Positions 13,128-26,318 of a stretch of DNA of 64,000 nt are shown piece after piece. Made by a program: the position numbers and the translations under genes. The first letter of the stretch is position 1, and every line of letters begins with the position of its first letter. The notes below the pieces were generated by a model, which saw only the letters and a program-made list of their open reading frames with translations, did no database searches and was not told the origin of the DNA. This DNA is from Octopus sinensis (taxonomy: Eukaryota): contig NC_043017.1 in NCBI RefSeq assembly GCF_006345805.1, positions 7,006,001 to 7,070,000 of the forward strand. The letters are read 5' to 3'.

Positions 13128-13919
13128 AAGGTTTTGTTGTATATGTAACAGGAATCGGGAAGAAAGTAGTACAATTGCACTGTTGAAAGTGTAGTTATTT
13201 CTTCCCAATTTCTCATAGTAATTTCTTTTTGATAACGAACTTAAGCAACAGGTAAAAGGTACCTGATGAGAAAGGAATATTGATCATCTATATAATACTG
13301 TATAATTACATAACTTCCATTTAGTTTTCCTTTGAAACATATGTAGTGCATATTTACATACTTCATTCTATATACCCACTGATTTATAACCACATAGCAA
13401 CTTTTGTTACTATATATTGGAGTAGTTTGGTGGCAGTTATCTTATTGGAATTTGTATCTAATTTAATATGGAATAAATTGTACAGCACACGTTGATTAAT
13501 AAACTTTATTGATCAAGTATTATTTGCTTTATGTTATCTGAGCAAGCTGTGTCTGTGCTTGAGGTTAACTAACTCTCTGTAGCACAATCACTTTGAATAT
13601 TATCATCATCATTATTATTATTATTATTATTATTATATGCTTGAAGTAGTGTAAATGATAACAATATTAAAATAGAAACCTTTAAGCAATGGTGGTGGGA
13701 AGTTGAGCAAAATATGTAAAGTGATGCCAACAAATAAAGACTAAAACAGAATATTGTATTACCTGACACAGGTTTTTCAATGCTTGTATTATATTTCAGG
13801 AAGGAGTTCTCATATCAAGGCACAAAGTCAATTATTCAAGATTTATATAGATATATATACACACACATATATATGTTTGTGTGTATTCTCTTATATACAT
13901 ATATATATATATATATATA

Positions 13920-13959
<40 letters not shown>

Positions 13960-13972
13960 CATATATACATAC

Positions 13973-14005
<33 letters not shown>

Positions 14006-14187
14006 ATATATATATATCATACATATATATATACATATATATATATATATTATATATATATATATATATATCCATACATATATATATACATATATATATA
14101 CATATATATATACATATATATTATACACATATATATATATATGTATATGTATACATATATATATATACCTATATACATAATACATAC

Positions 14188-14224
<37 letters not shown>

Positions 14225-15811
14225 TCTGTCAGTCATGCTGAGGTACTGCTGTTAGTCTGGCTACACTTTCCTTACTTGAAACCTCCTCTGATGTGATTGG
14301 TGAATGAGGGAATTTGCCGTTGCTGCCCTCATTTGCATTTCCTGCCACGAAGTAAGTTCATTTGGCACCCTTGTCTGGAGGAGATCCAGTTTTCTTTTTG
14401 AAGACACCTACATCCACCCCATGCAGGTCTCTCGGACTTTCATTCAGAACTTATGAAAACAAGACATTTGTACTACAGAGCCAGATGTGGTTTCAGCTGG
14501 GTTGATATCAGAAGGGTTAAATAGGTAATATTAAAAGACATCATATATTTCTGAGCCTTACCTTTCGGTCTTTGCCCTCCCCTTGGATAACATCAGTGGC
14601 ATGGAGAGGGGAGGCTGGTATGCATGGATGACTGCTGGTCTTCCATAAACAACCTTGTCCAGACATGTGCCTCTGAAGGGGAACTTTCTTGGTGCAATCC
14701 CATGGTCATTCATGGCCAAAGAGGATTTTTACCCTTTCATACTTCAGAGCTACACAAATGAAATCACACCAGAAGTGATCAAGAGAGTGACAAATATGTA
14801 TTTCTCCGTGGTTGCAGCTTATCAGTGTCACATACTCTGGCCTGAAATATATACTGATAATGTATAAACTATCTGCTGGCTTGCTATGGCGGATTTAGCA
14901 TGGCATAGAGTGTGACAAGGCTGGCCCTTCGAATTACTCATAAGACTCATTTTGCCAGCTGGGTTAACACGAGTAGCATGGAGTAAATTGTCTTGCTGAA
15001 GGGCACAACACACCACTAGGAACTGAACTTACAACCTTACAATCACGAACCAGAACGGGTATCGGTACGGCAAGACATTGCTTCTGAGATTCTAACCTTT
15101 CTGCCAATGCACACACTCTGGACTGGTATGTATGTTATAAACCCCACCACAAAAGGTGAAAAGCAAAGTTGACATCAGTAGGATTTGAACTCGGAATACA
15201 CAATGACTTTACCAATTCTGCCAAAGTCAAATATGAACATCGTGTTTTATATTTGTTGAGGGCTTTTTCTTTTTGCAGCGTGTGTGTGTGTATGTGTGTA
15301 TTATGTGGAAGGAAGAGAAAAGGATAGCAAAAATAGACTCAAAGAATAGAATAGAGTGCTTGTTAGCTGCCAGTGTTAAATTAGTCATTTTATGTTAAAT
15401 TTCATAAAGGAAAAACAAAAAAAAAAAACATGACATGACAGCTTAGGGCGTATATAAGTGAAGAGGCAATGTTTCCACTCGACCGTGAGTGTGTATGTGT
15501 GTCTGTGTGTTCATATGTGTGTGTACGTGTGTGTGTGTGTATGTATGTGTGTTTGTGTACGCATGTGTGTGTGTATGTGTACTTATGTGTGCTTGGGTGT
15601 GTGTGTGTTCATGTGTGTCTATGTGTGTGTGCGTGTGTTCATATGTGTATTTGTATGTGTGTTTGTGTACGTGTGTTTATGTGTATCTATGTGTATTTGC
15701 ATGTGTGCTTGTGTGTGTGTTTCTGTGTGTTCATGTGTGTGCGTGTGCATGTGTTTTGTGTGTGTATGTGTGTGTCTGTGAGTGAGTGAGTTGTGTGTGT
15801 GTGATATATAT

Positions 15812-16300
15812 ACTCTTTACTCTTTTACTTGTTTCAGTCATTTGACTGCAGCCATGCTGGAGCACTGCCTTTTAGTCGGGCAAATCGACCCCTGGACTTA
15901 TTCTTTGTAAGCCTAATACTTACTCTATCGGTTACTTTTGCCGAGGCGCTAAGTTACGGGGATGTAAGCACACCAACAAATATAGTATTATTGGATGCTC
16001 AGGAAAGAAGGAAAGAAGGAGAGTTTAACGTTTCGAGCGGAGCTCTTCGTCGGAAACATAGGAGAAGGAAAGATCCAGAGAAGGGAAAACAGAAGAAAAA
16101 AAATCGCCAACAGTACACACGCGGTCACATATATATATATATTGTGGGCTTCTTTAAGTTTCCATCTACCAAATCCATTGGCAAGGCTTTGGGCAGCCCA
16201 AGGCTATAGTAGAAGACACTTGCCCAAACTGCCATGCAATGGGACTGAACCTAGAACCATTGGTTGGGAAGCAAGTTTCTTACCATACAGCCATGCCTGC
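15812..16300 (-). mobile_element. SINE family A copy interrupted by an H1 hammerhead element
   Basis: SINE tail half at 15812-15975 and head half at ~16135-16300, with the H1 sequence between them at the SINE's central TA tract. Confidence 0.75.
16023..16057 (-). ncRNA. Minimal type-I hammerhead motif (H1 copy 2)
   Basis: Minus strand: gttt-CCGACGA-a-gagc(tcc)gctc-GAAAC-GTT-aaac. Loopless palindromic helix III (AACGTT); core has the U4C variant. Confidence 0.65.
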
Positions 16301-16899
16301 ATCTACAACACACACACACATATATGTATCGTCAAGGTTAAAAAGAACAACTTCTATGTAAATGTGTCACTGCTTGGAGATACATGTTGAAAATAATCTC
16401 AACTCACTCTTTTGAGGTTTACTTGTACTTGGGTAGGTCTTCAGTGCATGTGTTGTATTTAGAGGCTTGGCTGTGTAGGTACAGGTGTGGCTGGGTGGTT
16501 AAGAAGCTCACCTTGCCACCATGTGGCTTCAGGTTCAATCTTGCTGCATGGCACCTTGGGCAAATGTCTCCTGCTATAACTGCAGGCTAATGCCTTGTGA
16601 TTGAATTTGGCTGATGGAAACTGTATGGAAGCCTGTCATATACATTTATATATGTATTGTAGAACAAGTAGAAAGGTAAAAATTTTTTTCAATACGTAAA
16701 TACTGAACAGTTTTTCCTACAGTACATTTCAACGCTTCAAAATCAAACTTGTGTTTGTTTACATATGGCATAATATATATATATATATATATATATATCA
16801 TCATCATCATGTTTAACGTCCGCTTTCCATGCTGGCATGGGTTGGACGATTTGACTGAGGACTGGTGAGCGAGAGGCTATATATATATATATATATATA

Positions 16900-17014
16900 T
16901 ATAGAAGGAGCTTCTACAGGACTAGACTGTTTCATTCAAATGAAATCATCAGGAAGCTTCCTGATGATTTCATTTGAATGAAACAGTTCTAGTCCTGTAG
17001 AAGCTCCTTCTATA
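16900..17014. ncRNA. ~115-bp palindrome carrying a type-I hammerhead motif on each strand
   Basis: Arms are reverse complements apart from one indel, centred on AAGCTT. Right arm: agcttc-CTGATGA-tttcatttgaat-GAA-acag(ttctagtc)ctgt-A-gaagct. Confidence 0.7.
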
Positions 17015-17129
17015 AAATAAATTAATTTACTCTGCTATGTATTGAGTACCTTATTTACTGTGGTTAACCCCGACTCAACCCGGGACCTACATATATATAT
17101 ATGTATGTACGGGGAGGGGTATGTATGTA

Positions 17130-17177
17130 CAGTTGTACCTCAGTTATCGAACAACTCTAATCATGAAAAATTCATTG

Positions 17178-17215
<38 letters not shown>

Positions 17216-17395
17216 AGCACAATTTATATATATATGTATATATAAAGCACAATTTATATATATATGTATATATAAAGCACAATTTATTTGTGATCAGAGG
17301 CGTTCATAAACCACTCTTAAATGAATATGAGAAAGACAGGAGATAAAGCACAATTTATTCATGATCAGAGTTGTTTGAAAACTGAGGTTCGACTG
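17130..17395. mobile_element. pogo/Tigger-like MITE
   Basis: Imperfect ~40-bp TIRs CAGTTGTACCTCAGTTATCGAACAACTCT... / ...AGAGTTGTTTGAAAACTGAGGTTCGACTG with TA on both sides. Confidence 0.75.
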
Positions 17396-17432
17396 TATAT
17401 ATGTGTGTGTATGTGTGAGAGAGAGAGAGAGA

Positions 17433-17644
17433 GAGATTGCTGAAAAGTTCCTGGCTTTAAGTAAATGGGAAAGGCCTGGTTAGGGGCCCAAGCTTCTGGG
17501 TTCCTTTACAGGGCTTAGAAAAACCGAAGGACCACTGCAATAAGTGAGTGACTCTGAAAGGGACCTATGTTGAATAAAATCATAATTAACTGATCTCCTT
17601 GTATTTTCTTTTACTCCAAACCAGAAACTTTTCACCACCCACCT
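17433..17644. mobile_element. mariner-derived MITE
   Basis: Imperfect TIRs CTGAAAAGTTCCTGG / CCAGAAACTTTTCAC. Confidence 0.55.
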
Positions 17645-17719
17645 ATATATGTATATAAGTGTATATATGTATATGTTTTTACATATGTATATACATGTGT
17701 ATGTGCGTGTCTGTGTGTG

Positions 17720-17783
<64 letters not shown>

Positions 17784-18770
17784 ATGTATGTATATATATA
17801 CACATTATACTTTATTTAAAAGCTGCTTTTAAATAAAGCATATTACTCTACCTCTGGTATTTGAGTACTCTTTTTTGCACCTTGTTTCACATTTATGTGT
17901 TTACTCCGGTATATATATATATATATATATAATATATATATAATATATATATATATATATTTATGTATTTTTGTCTGTGTGTCACTGTTTCCTTGCCTTC
18001 ACTTTCAAAAGGTTATACATTGTGTTATGTAGATTATCACTGCATACAGCTAAGCAGTGTCTTCGTTTTGGCATCTCTTGCCTGAGGATTCAGTATCTTG
18101 AGGTCAGCCTCCACCACTTTGTCCTAAGTCTTTCTCTCCCTCTCTTTCTCTCTCTCTCTCCCTCCCTCTCTCCTGTAGGATGTGCTTGCCACTTCTCTAA
18201 GGTGTAGCCATCCTTACACATCACATGCTTATACATGCGCAACCTCCCCCTCTTGCAATCTACAACAGGTCCCTTGACTTAGCAGTTCGGCAAAAGATCC
18301 CAATAGAATAAGCAGCAGGCTTAAAAATTTGCTTGACTTAACCCTTCGAGGTGGTGCCCCAGTATGGCCACAATCCAATGGATGATATAACAGATAATAT
18401 ATATATGTGTGTGTGCATGTACACACACACATACACACACACACATATACATGCATACATACATACATATATACATATGTACGTACTGACAGACAGACAG
18501 ACAAACAGACAGATGTTTCAGTAAAGGAGCCTTCTATGTTATCTCTCAACCTCCTAGAAATATCAGCCAGAAATCCCTTAAAACACATGCTAATATCTTT
18601 GTTTTAGAGAAGAGCACTTCAATTGATATAGTCTTTGATACATTGTAGTAGAATAAAAGACAGGTTGGTCATAACTGGAGCGTCTTAGATGCTATGTTTG
18701 TTATCTTCTGAATACTGCTCTTCTTTCTAAACTGACTAAACTTCGTATATTTGCTGTTTTGTACCTGACG

Positions 18771-19323
18771 TATGATTGACAGAAATATACATACATGTAT
18801 CTTTAGTCCATTTCTAAATTATAATTGACAGAAATATACATACATGTATCTTTAGTCCATTTCTGAATTATGATTGACAGAAATATACATACATGTAACT
18901 TTAGTCCATTTCTGACTTATGATTGACAAAAATAGACATACATGTATCTTTAGTCTATTCCTGAATTATGATTGACAGAAATAGACATACATGTATCTTT
19001 AGTCCATTTCTGACTTATGATTGGCAGAAATAGACATACATGTATCTTTAGTCCATTTCTGAATTATGATTGACAGAAATAGACATACATGTATCTTTAG
19101 TCTATTCCTGAATTATGATTGACAGAAATAGACATACATGTATCTTTCGTCCATTTCTGAATTATGATTGACAGAAATAGACATACATGTATCTTTAGTC
19201 CATTTCTGAATTATGATTGACAGAAATATACATACATGTATCTTATGATTGACAGAAACATACATACATGTATTTTATGATTGACAGAAATATACATATA
19301 TATCTTTAGTCCATTTCTGAATT
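18771..19323. repeat. 49-bp minisatellite, about 11-12 copies
   Basis: Unit TATGATTGACAGAAATAKACATACATGTATCTTTAGTCCATTTCTGAAT, with two truncated units near 19240-19280. Confidence 0.97.
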
Positions 19324-19567
19324 CAATAAAATCCAACTGTGATTAATTAAACAGAGACACGTAAACACAGTTAACTACATTATTTAATTGCTTGTAATTA
19401 GCTCAGTCTAGTCCAACTAAATTAAGCACCACCACCGTGACCATCACCATCAACACCCCGACACTCCATCTTCTCCCAGTTGAGTTCTCTACCATAGGAG
19501 GTCAGTTAATTAATCCGTTTGGTCAATCATGTCCTTTTACAACAAATTATTCAAACAAAAACCTGCT

Positions 19568-19726
19568 GTAGTAGTAGTAGTGGTAGTAGTAGTAGTAGTG
19601 GTAGTGGTAGTAGTAGTAGTAGTGGTAGTGGTAGTGGTAGTAGTAGTAGTAGTAGTAGTTTTTTGTTTGCTTCTGTCTAGATGAAGAGTAGAGCGTGATT
19701 TAGTTTCGCCATGCCAACTTAGTGGT

Positions 19727-19760
<34 letters not shown>

Positions 19761-21101
19761 TGTGTGTAGTTGTGTGCTTGTATTTGTGTGTGTGTGTGTA
19801 GTTGTGCGTGAGTGTATATGCATGTCTGTGTGTGTAGTTGCGTGTGTTTGTGTTTGTAAGTGCCTTTGTGTGTATGTGTATGTGCACTTGTGTGTGTGTG
19901 TGTATGTGTGTGCTTGTGTTTGTAAGTGCCTCTGTGTGTGTGTGTATGTGTGTGTGTGTAGTTGTGTGCTTGTATTTGTGTGTGTGTGTGTAGTTGTGCG
20001 TGAGTGTATATGCATGTCTGTGTGTGTAGTTGCGTGTGTTTGTGTTTGTAAGTGCCTGTGTGTGTGTGTGCAATTATGTGTATGAATTGTGTGTGTGTAT
20101 GTGTATATGTGTGTGTGTCTTTGATTTTGTAAGTGCCTTTGTGTGTATGTGTATGTGCACTTGTGTGTGTGTGTGTATGTGTGTGCTTGTGTTTGTAAGT
20201 GCCTCTGTGTGTGTGTGTATGTAATTATGTGTATGAATTGTGTGTGTGTATGTGTATATAGATGTACCTACTCATGTTTATGAGTGCCTCTGTGTGTGTG
20301 AGTGTGTGTATGTGTATTTGTGTCTACGTTTGTGTGTTCATTGTCCTTTATTATTGTAATCCAATTAAATGTGCTTCCAATAAAACCCAAATATTACGAT
20401 ACTTATTATTGTTGTTGTTGTTGTTGTTGTTATTGTTGTACTGCCATTATCATCAGCATAACCATCATCATCAACATCAACGTAACCATCATCACGTTCA
20501 TCTTCAACATCATCAACATAACCTCATAGTCATCTTCAATTTGACCACCACCAGCACCACCTCCTCTTCCTCATCATCATTATCTTCATCATAATCATTA
20601 TAACTATCATAGTCATCAACATCATATCATCGTCATCATCATCATAATCAACGTCATCATCACCACTACCACTACTTCATCTCATCATCGCCACCATCAT
20701 CATCATTGTCATCATCATCATCATGATCACCATCATCACCACCACCACCACTACTTCATCTCATCATCACCACCACCACCAAGGCCACCATCATCATCGT
20801 TGTCATTATCATGATTACCATCATCATCACCACCACCACTACTTCATCTCATCATCTCATCATCGCCACCAAGACCACCATCATCATCATCATCGTCATC
20901 ATCATCATAATCACCATCATTATCACCACCACCACCACTTCATCTCATCATTGCCACCATCACATCACCGTGACCACCATCGTTGTCATCTTCATCATAA
21001 TCACCATCATCATATCATCTCCATCATGATTATGATGATGATGATCATCATCACCACCATTACCATTATCTTTATCTCATCGTCACCGCTGCCGCCAAGA
21101 C

Positions 21102-21130
<29 letters not shown>
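19568..21130. repeat. Compound simple repeats (GTA)n, (TG)n, (CAT/CAC)n
   Basis: Direct observation. Confidence 0.95.
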
Positions 21131-21132
<2 letters not shown>

Positions 21133-21914
21133 TATAATATCTTTATGTTTATTATACTATCGTTATCTATGATGTATCCAACCAATAATATCATGATAAC
21201 ATAATACCATTATATCATTGGTTAGGCAGGTGTGCAGTACATTTTTCTCTCTTCACATCTTATATTCTCCTATCATCATCTACTCCACCCTGCTGCCATG
21301 GGGGCATAGCCTACCCACCAACTTGCACACCCACCCACATGTATAATGGGCACATGTGTGGCTGTGCGATTAAGAAGTTTGCTTCCCAACCACATGGTTT
21401 TGGGTTCAGTCCCACTGTGTGGTATTCTGAGCAAGTGTCTTCTGTTATGGCTCCAGGATTAACCAAATTCTTCAGATAGATTTGGTAGATGGAGATTGAA
21501 AGAAGCCCATAGTGTGTTTTTAATAGATTTCAAAGCAGGGAAGTTGTAAATAATGGTTTTGAATTTTTGCACAAACACAGAAATTTGGGGAGAGGAATTA
21601 AATCAGCTCCACTGTTGATTAAATTGGCCCCAGGGCTCAGCTGGTACTTATTTTATCAACCTCCAAAAAGATGAAAGGCAAAGTCAACTTCGGCAGAATT
21701 TGAACTCAGAACATAAAGACAGACGAAATACCGCTAAGCATTTCGTCCAGAGTGCTAACAACTCTGCCAGCTTGTCACATTAGATAGAATATAAATAATC
21801 CTTTCTAATATTGGCGCAAGGCATGAAATTTGGGGGAGGGGTTAGTGAATTACGCTGACCCCAGTATTCAACTAGTACTTTATATTTTCCTACTCTAGGC
21901 ACAAAGCCCAAAAA

Positions 21915-22100
21915 TTTTTGGGTGGTGCATCCTAAATCCTGTCATTATTTTTCCTGTTTTCCTGTCTATTTCAATTAGTTCATTTAGAGTCCAGTTAAGA
22001 ATATTGTAGCTGTAACTTATAATGGGGACAGCTAGAGTGTTGATACCTATCATCTTGTTTTTTGCATTGAGCTCTGTTTTCGGTATCAAAATCTTTCAGG
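21915..22100 (-). mobile_element. Inverted downstream (thumb) segment of the same R4/Dong RT
   Basis: KTELNAKNKMIGINTLAVPIISYSYNILNWTLNELIEIDRKTGKIMTGFRMHHPK, typical of the R4-clade post-RT region. Confidence 0.8.
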
Positions 22101-22102
22101 TC

Positions 22103-22690
22103 CTCATACAGCTACTGATCAATAAAGCCATAACTGAAGACAGCCACAGAAAGAAGGAGGGTCTAAGTGTGGCCTGGATTGATTACCAAAAGGCTTTTGA
22201 TAGTATTCCCCACACATGGATCCTAGAAGCACTAGCCATGAACAAGGTAGCACCTATAATCATAAAATATATAAAACATTCCATGAATAAATGGCAGACA
22301 GTTCTACGGCTCCAGACAAAAGAGGGACTCATAAAAACCAAAGCCATTGCTATTAGAAGAGGAGTATTCCAGGGAGACACTCTCTCTCCACTCCTTTTCT
22401 GCTTGGCACTGACACCTTTATCTGACATGCTAAAAAGAACTGGATCTGGATACAACTGTTATGGCAAAACAATCAGCCACCTCTTATATATGGATGATCT
22501 AAAACTGTATGCTACAGATGATAAACAGCTGGAAACATTACTACAGATGGTACATAGATTTAAGAAACATAAAATTTGGCTTAGAAGAATGTACCAAAGC
22601 AACCTTGAAAAGAGGAAAACTAGTTAAGAGTAGCAACATCACACTAGATACAGCAAATAAAATATGAGAATTAGACCAAAGCCAGATTTG
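22103..22690 (+). mobile_element. R4/Dong-clade non-LTR retrotransposon RT fragment
   Basis: QLLINKAI..AWIDYQKAFDSIPH..RRGVFQGDTLSPLLFCLAL..ISHLLYMDDLKLYA: RT motifs including YMDD, followed by a frameshift. Confidence 0.9.
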
Positions 22691-22827
22691 AAATTTCCCC
22701 AAGACACCTGATGAAGGTTGGAGGGTATATCAACTGAAACGTTGTGTTAACAACAAACAAGATGAGGACAAATATCTGTCAAATGTAAATAATGTGCATA
22801 ATTCCTCATTTCTTAAATATAGAACTG
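22688..22827 (+). mobile_element. Hammerhead-bearing element family H2, copy 1 (motif 22703-22748)
   Basis: gacac-CTGATGA-a-ggttg/caact-GAAAC-GTT-gtgtt. A second, decayed copy lies at 45163-45310(-). Confidence 0.75.
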
Positions 22828-23536
22828 GTGTTAGTTTGTTTACATCCTCATAAATTAGCAGTTTCAGCAAGACCTAGGCCAATAGAATGAAAACAAGATT
22901 TTAAGAAAATAAAGGAGAAAGGAAAGAAAAATAACAAACAATGAAGTCGATTTGTTTGACTAAAAACTCCTTCAAGGAAATGCTCCAGCATGGCTGCACT
23001 CCAAGTTAATACTTCATATATCACAATAAAGGACAGTACTGGAATCCGTCATGTGAACTTTAAAAACCCCTTGAAATGAATGCTCCAGTATGGTCGCGAT
23101 CAGGTGGCTGAAACAAGTGAAAAGATAACATGTGAGAATCTCAGGTCAGTGCTCCATATATCGCAATAGAAGACAGTAGTTCACACACACACACACACAC
23201 CTTCGTGTTTGCCCCCCCCCCTCCATCCACCCACCCACCCACCCATTATCAATCCACTTCTAAGAGGTAAATCTGTCCGCTTCAGTTGGTTGCTTTGTTT
23301 TCGAAATTATACGCAGCATTGATTTGAAAGTCAATAAATGCCATCAATCAATCAATAAAACTGTTTATTGATTTCGTGGCCCCCCCCAATCCTCCTCCTC
23401 CACCACCACCACCACCACTGCACGCCCTCACCTTCTCCTTCCACTCCTCTCTCCACCTCCATCCCTTCATCCTTTCCTGTCTCCTTTTCCACTCTCTTGT
23501 TTTCAGAAGAAAATTCTTCGGTTTCTGGTGCACGTG

Positions 23537-24110
23537 TGGATGGTGGATGGTGGATGGTGGTGGTGGTGGTGGTGGATGGTGGATGGTGGTGGTGGATGGT
23601 GGATGGTGGTGGTGGATGGTGGTGGATGGTGGATGGTGGTGGTGGTGGTGGTGGTGGTGGATGGTGGTGGTGGTGGTGGGGGATGGTGGATGGTGGTGGA
23701 TGGTGGATGGTGGTGGTGGTGGTGGTGGTGGTGGATGGTGGTGGTGGTGGTGGTGGATGGTGGTGGTGGTGGTGGTGGTGGTGGATGGTGGTGGTGGTGG
23801 TGGTGGTGGTGGTGTGGTGGTGAATGGTGGTGGTGGTGGTGGTGGTGAATGGTGGTGGTGGTGGTGGTGAATGGTGGTGGTAGTGGTGGATGGTGGTGGT
23901 GGTGGTGGTGGATGGTGGGTGGTGGTGGTGGTGGTGGATGTGGTGGGGTGGTGGTGGTGTGTGGTGGTGGTGAATGGTGGTGGTGGTGGTGGTGGAATGG
24001 TGGTGGTGAATGGTGGTGGTGGTGGTGGTGGTGGTGAATGGTGGTGTAGTGGTGGATGGTGGTGGTGGGTGGTGGTAGTGGTGGTGGATGGTGGTGGTGG
24101 TGGTGGCAGC
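23537..24110. repeat. (GGT)n / (GGATGGT)n G-rich simple repeat
   Basis: Direct observation. Confidence 0.97.
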
Positions 24111-25734
24111 AGTAGTTTGTGTGTATGTGGGGTGTTGGTGTATACGTGTGAGTGGTGGGGTTGGGGGTGGGGGCATATGCATGCACGTGTGGGCTTGTGT
24201 GTGTGTGTGTGTATGTGTACACGTGTGCATATGGAGGTGTTGTGTGCGTGTGGGGTGTTTGCGTATGGGATTTGTGTGTGTGTATTTGCATGTGTGTGTT
24301 TGTGTGTGTATGTGTATACGCAAATGTGTTTGTGTGTGTGTGTGCACATGTGTGCATGCACTAGCATGTATGTACCTTTTGCACACCCCACTTGTGTGTG
24401 TGCGTGTATGCATGAATGTGTGCGTTTGTATGCATGTGCATGCGTATGTATATACATTTGTTTGTATGCATGCGTGTGTGTAAGTGTGTATGTGTGTGTG
24501 TGTGTGCCTGTGTGTGTGTGTGTTTTAGCAAGGGACGTGAGATAGAATCAGCCAATATGTTTGCCTTGGTAAAAACCAATGTTTCCACTAAACAACCAGA
24601 AACGGTAGATGTAGCTTTCCTTTCTTCAAATAACATCAACTGAAGACAGTCAACATTACGCGTAAAATTGCTGGTGGTAATTCGGTCATGCTGGAGCACC
24701 ATTTAGTTGGTTCATTTTTTTTTCATTTACTCAGTTATCTTATCATATGATTGCATATTTATTATCATCAGCAGCTGTAGCATCATCATCATCATCATCA
24801 TTATCACTGTCAGTATCATCATCAACATCATCATCGCCATCTTAATCTTCATCACTTTCATTATTGTCATCACCATCACCACCACCCATCACCCATCACT
24901 ATCATCATTACCACCACCATCATCATTATCATCCCCATCACCATCAACATCATCATCATCATCATCATCATCACTGTCATTATCATCATCATCATCGCCA
25001 TCTTAATCTTCATCACTTTCATTATTATCATCACCATCACCTCCACCCATCACCCATCACTATCATCATTACCACCACCATCATCAATATCATCCCCATC
25101 ATCATCACCATCTTCATCATCATCTTCATCATCATCATCATCATCATCATGCTCATCATTTTTGTGTTCCACTTTTCCATGCTTGCATGGGTTGGACTAG
25201 TTCTTTCCAAACAAAGCATCTCATCCTGCGAGTTGGCAGAATCGTTGGCACACCGGACAAAATGCTTAGCAACATTTCACCTGTCTTTACATTCTGAGTT
25301 CAAATTCCTCCAAGGTCGATTTTTGCCTTTCACCCTCCTGAGGGTGGTGGTGGTGGTGGGGTGGGGGTGATAGAATGAGTACCATTCAATCACTGGCGTT
25401 GATGAAATCAACTTATCCCCTCCATGCAAATTGCTGGCCTTGTGCCAAATTTTGAAAGTTTTTTTTTTATTTTCTATTTTTGTCATTTTGCCTGAGGTTC
25501 AACACCCAGCCTTCACTACTTCTGTCTATGTCTAACTTGGTCTTCCTCTTTTATAGTTCCCTTCCTCTTGGAGGACCTGGCATTCCTTCATCCATCTGTT
25601 ATTATAAAACTAATTAGTCTTTTACACTTTCCTTGTTTCGGTCATTAGAGTTATGGCCATACTAGGGCACCACCCACAAAGGATTTTTTTTTTTTACAAT
25701 TATTTATTGTGACCTGGGACTCATCTTTTGTTGT

Positions 25735-26037
25735 TGATTGTTCCTTCTGAAGCCATGCCTGGCTCATAAGGGCCAGTTTCCCGGTTTCATTGGCATATAG
25801 GTTCCTCACCTGGACGGGATGCTGGTCCGTCGCAGGTGAGTTTGCTAAATGCAGAAGTAAAGAGTGAGAGAAAGTTGTGGTGAAAGAGTCAGCAGAAGTT
25901 TGCCATTACCTTCTGCCGGATCCGCGTGGAGCTTAAGTGTTTCGCTCATAAACACACATCGCCCGGTCTGAGATTCGAACCCGCGATCCCTCGACTGTGA
26001 GTCCGCTACTCTAACCACTAGGCTATGTGCCTCCACA
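25735..26037 (-). mobile_element. tRNA-derived SINE family E
   Basis: Minus-strand head TAGCCTAGTGGTTAGAG...GGTTCGAATCTC (A and B boxes); body CCTGCGACGGACCAGCATCCCGTCCAGG; (AAC) tail. Confidence 0.75.
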
Positions 26038-26281
26038 GGTCTCATCTTAGCAACACATATTTATTGCACTGCTTAGAAATGGGACATAAATATAGAGACA
26101 CTGTTTTTTCTTCCATTTTTGTATTTCATGTAGTATCATGTATGAAGGCAAATGGGGAGAAACACATTCAAATAAAACGCCACCACTCAACACATGCATA
26201 TTCTTTTATGCTTTTATTTGTTTCAGTCATTTGATGGTGGCCATGCTGGAGCACCACCTTTAGTAGAACAAATAGATCCCA

Positions 26282-26318
<37 letters not shown>

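Noticed and set aside
13262-13285. CTGATGAG as a hammerhead core
   Set aside because: No helix II or helix I/III pairing follows.
23348-24545. Long His/Pro/Thr-rich or Gly/Trp/Val-rich ORFs
   Set aside because: They are translations of (GGT)n and (TG)n simple repeats.
25960-26037. tRNA gene
   Set aside because: A and B boxes are present, but there is no clean acceptor stem, and it continues into a SINE body and tail.
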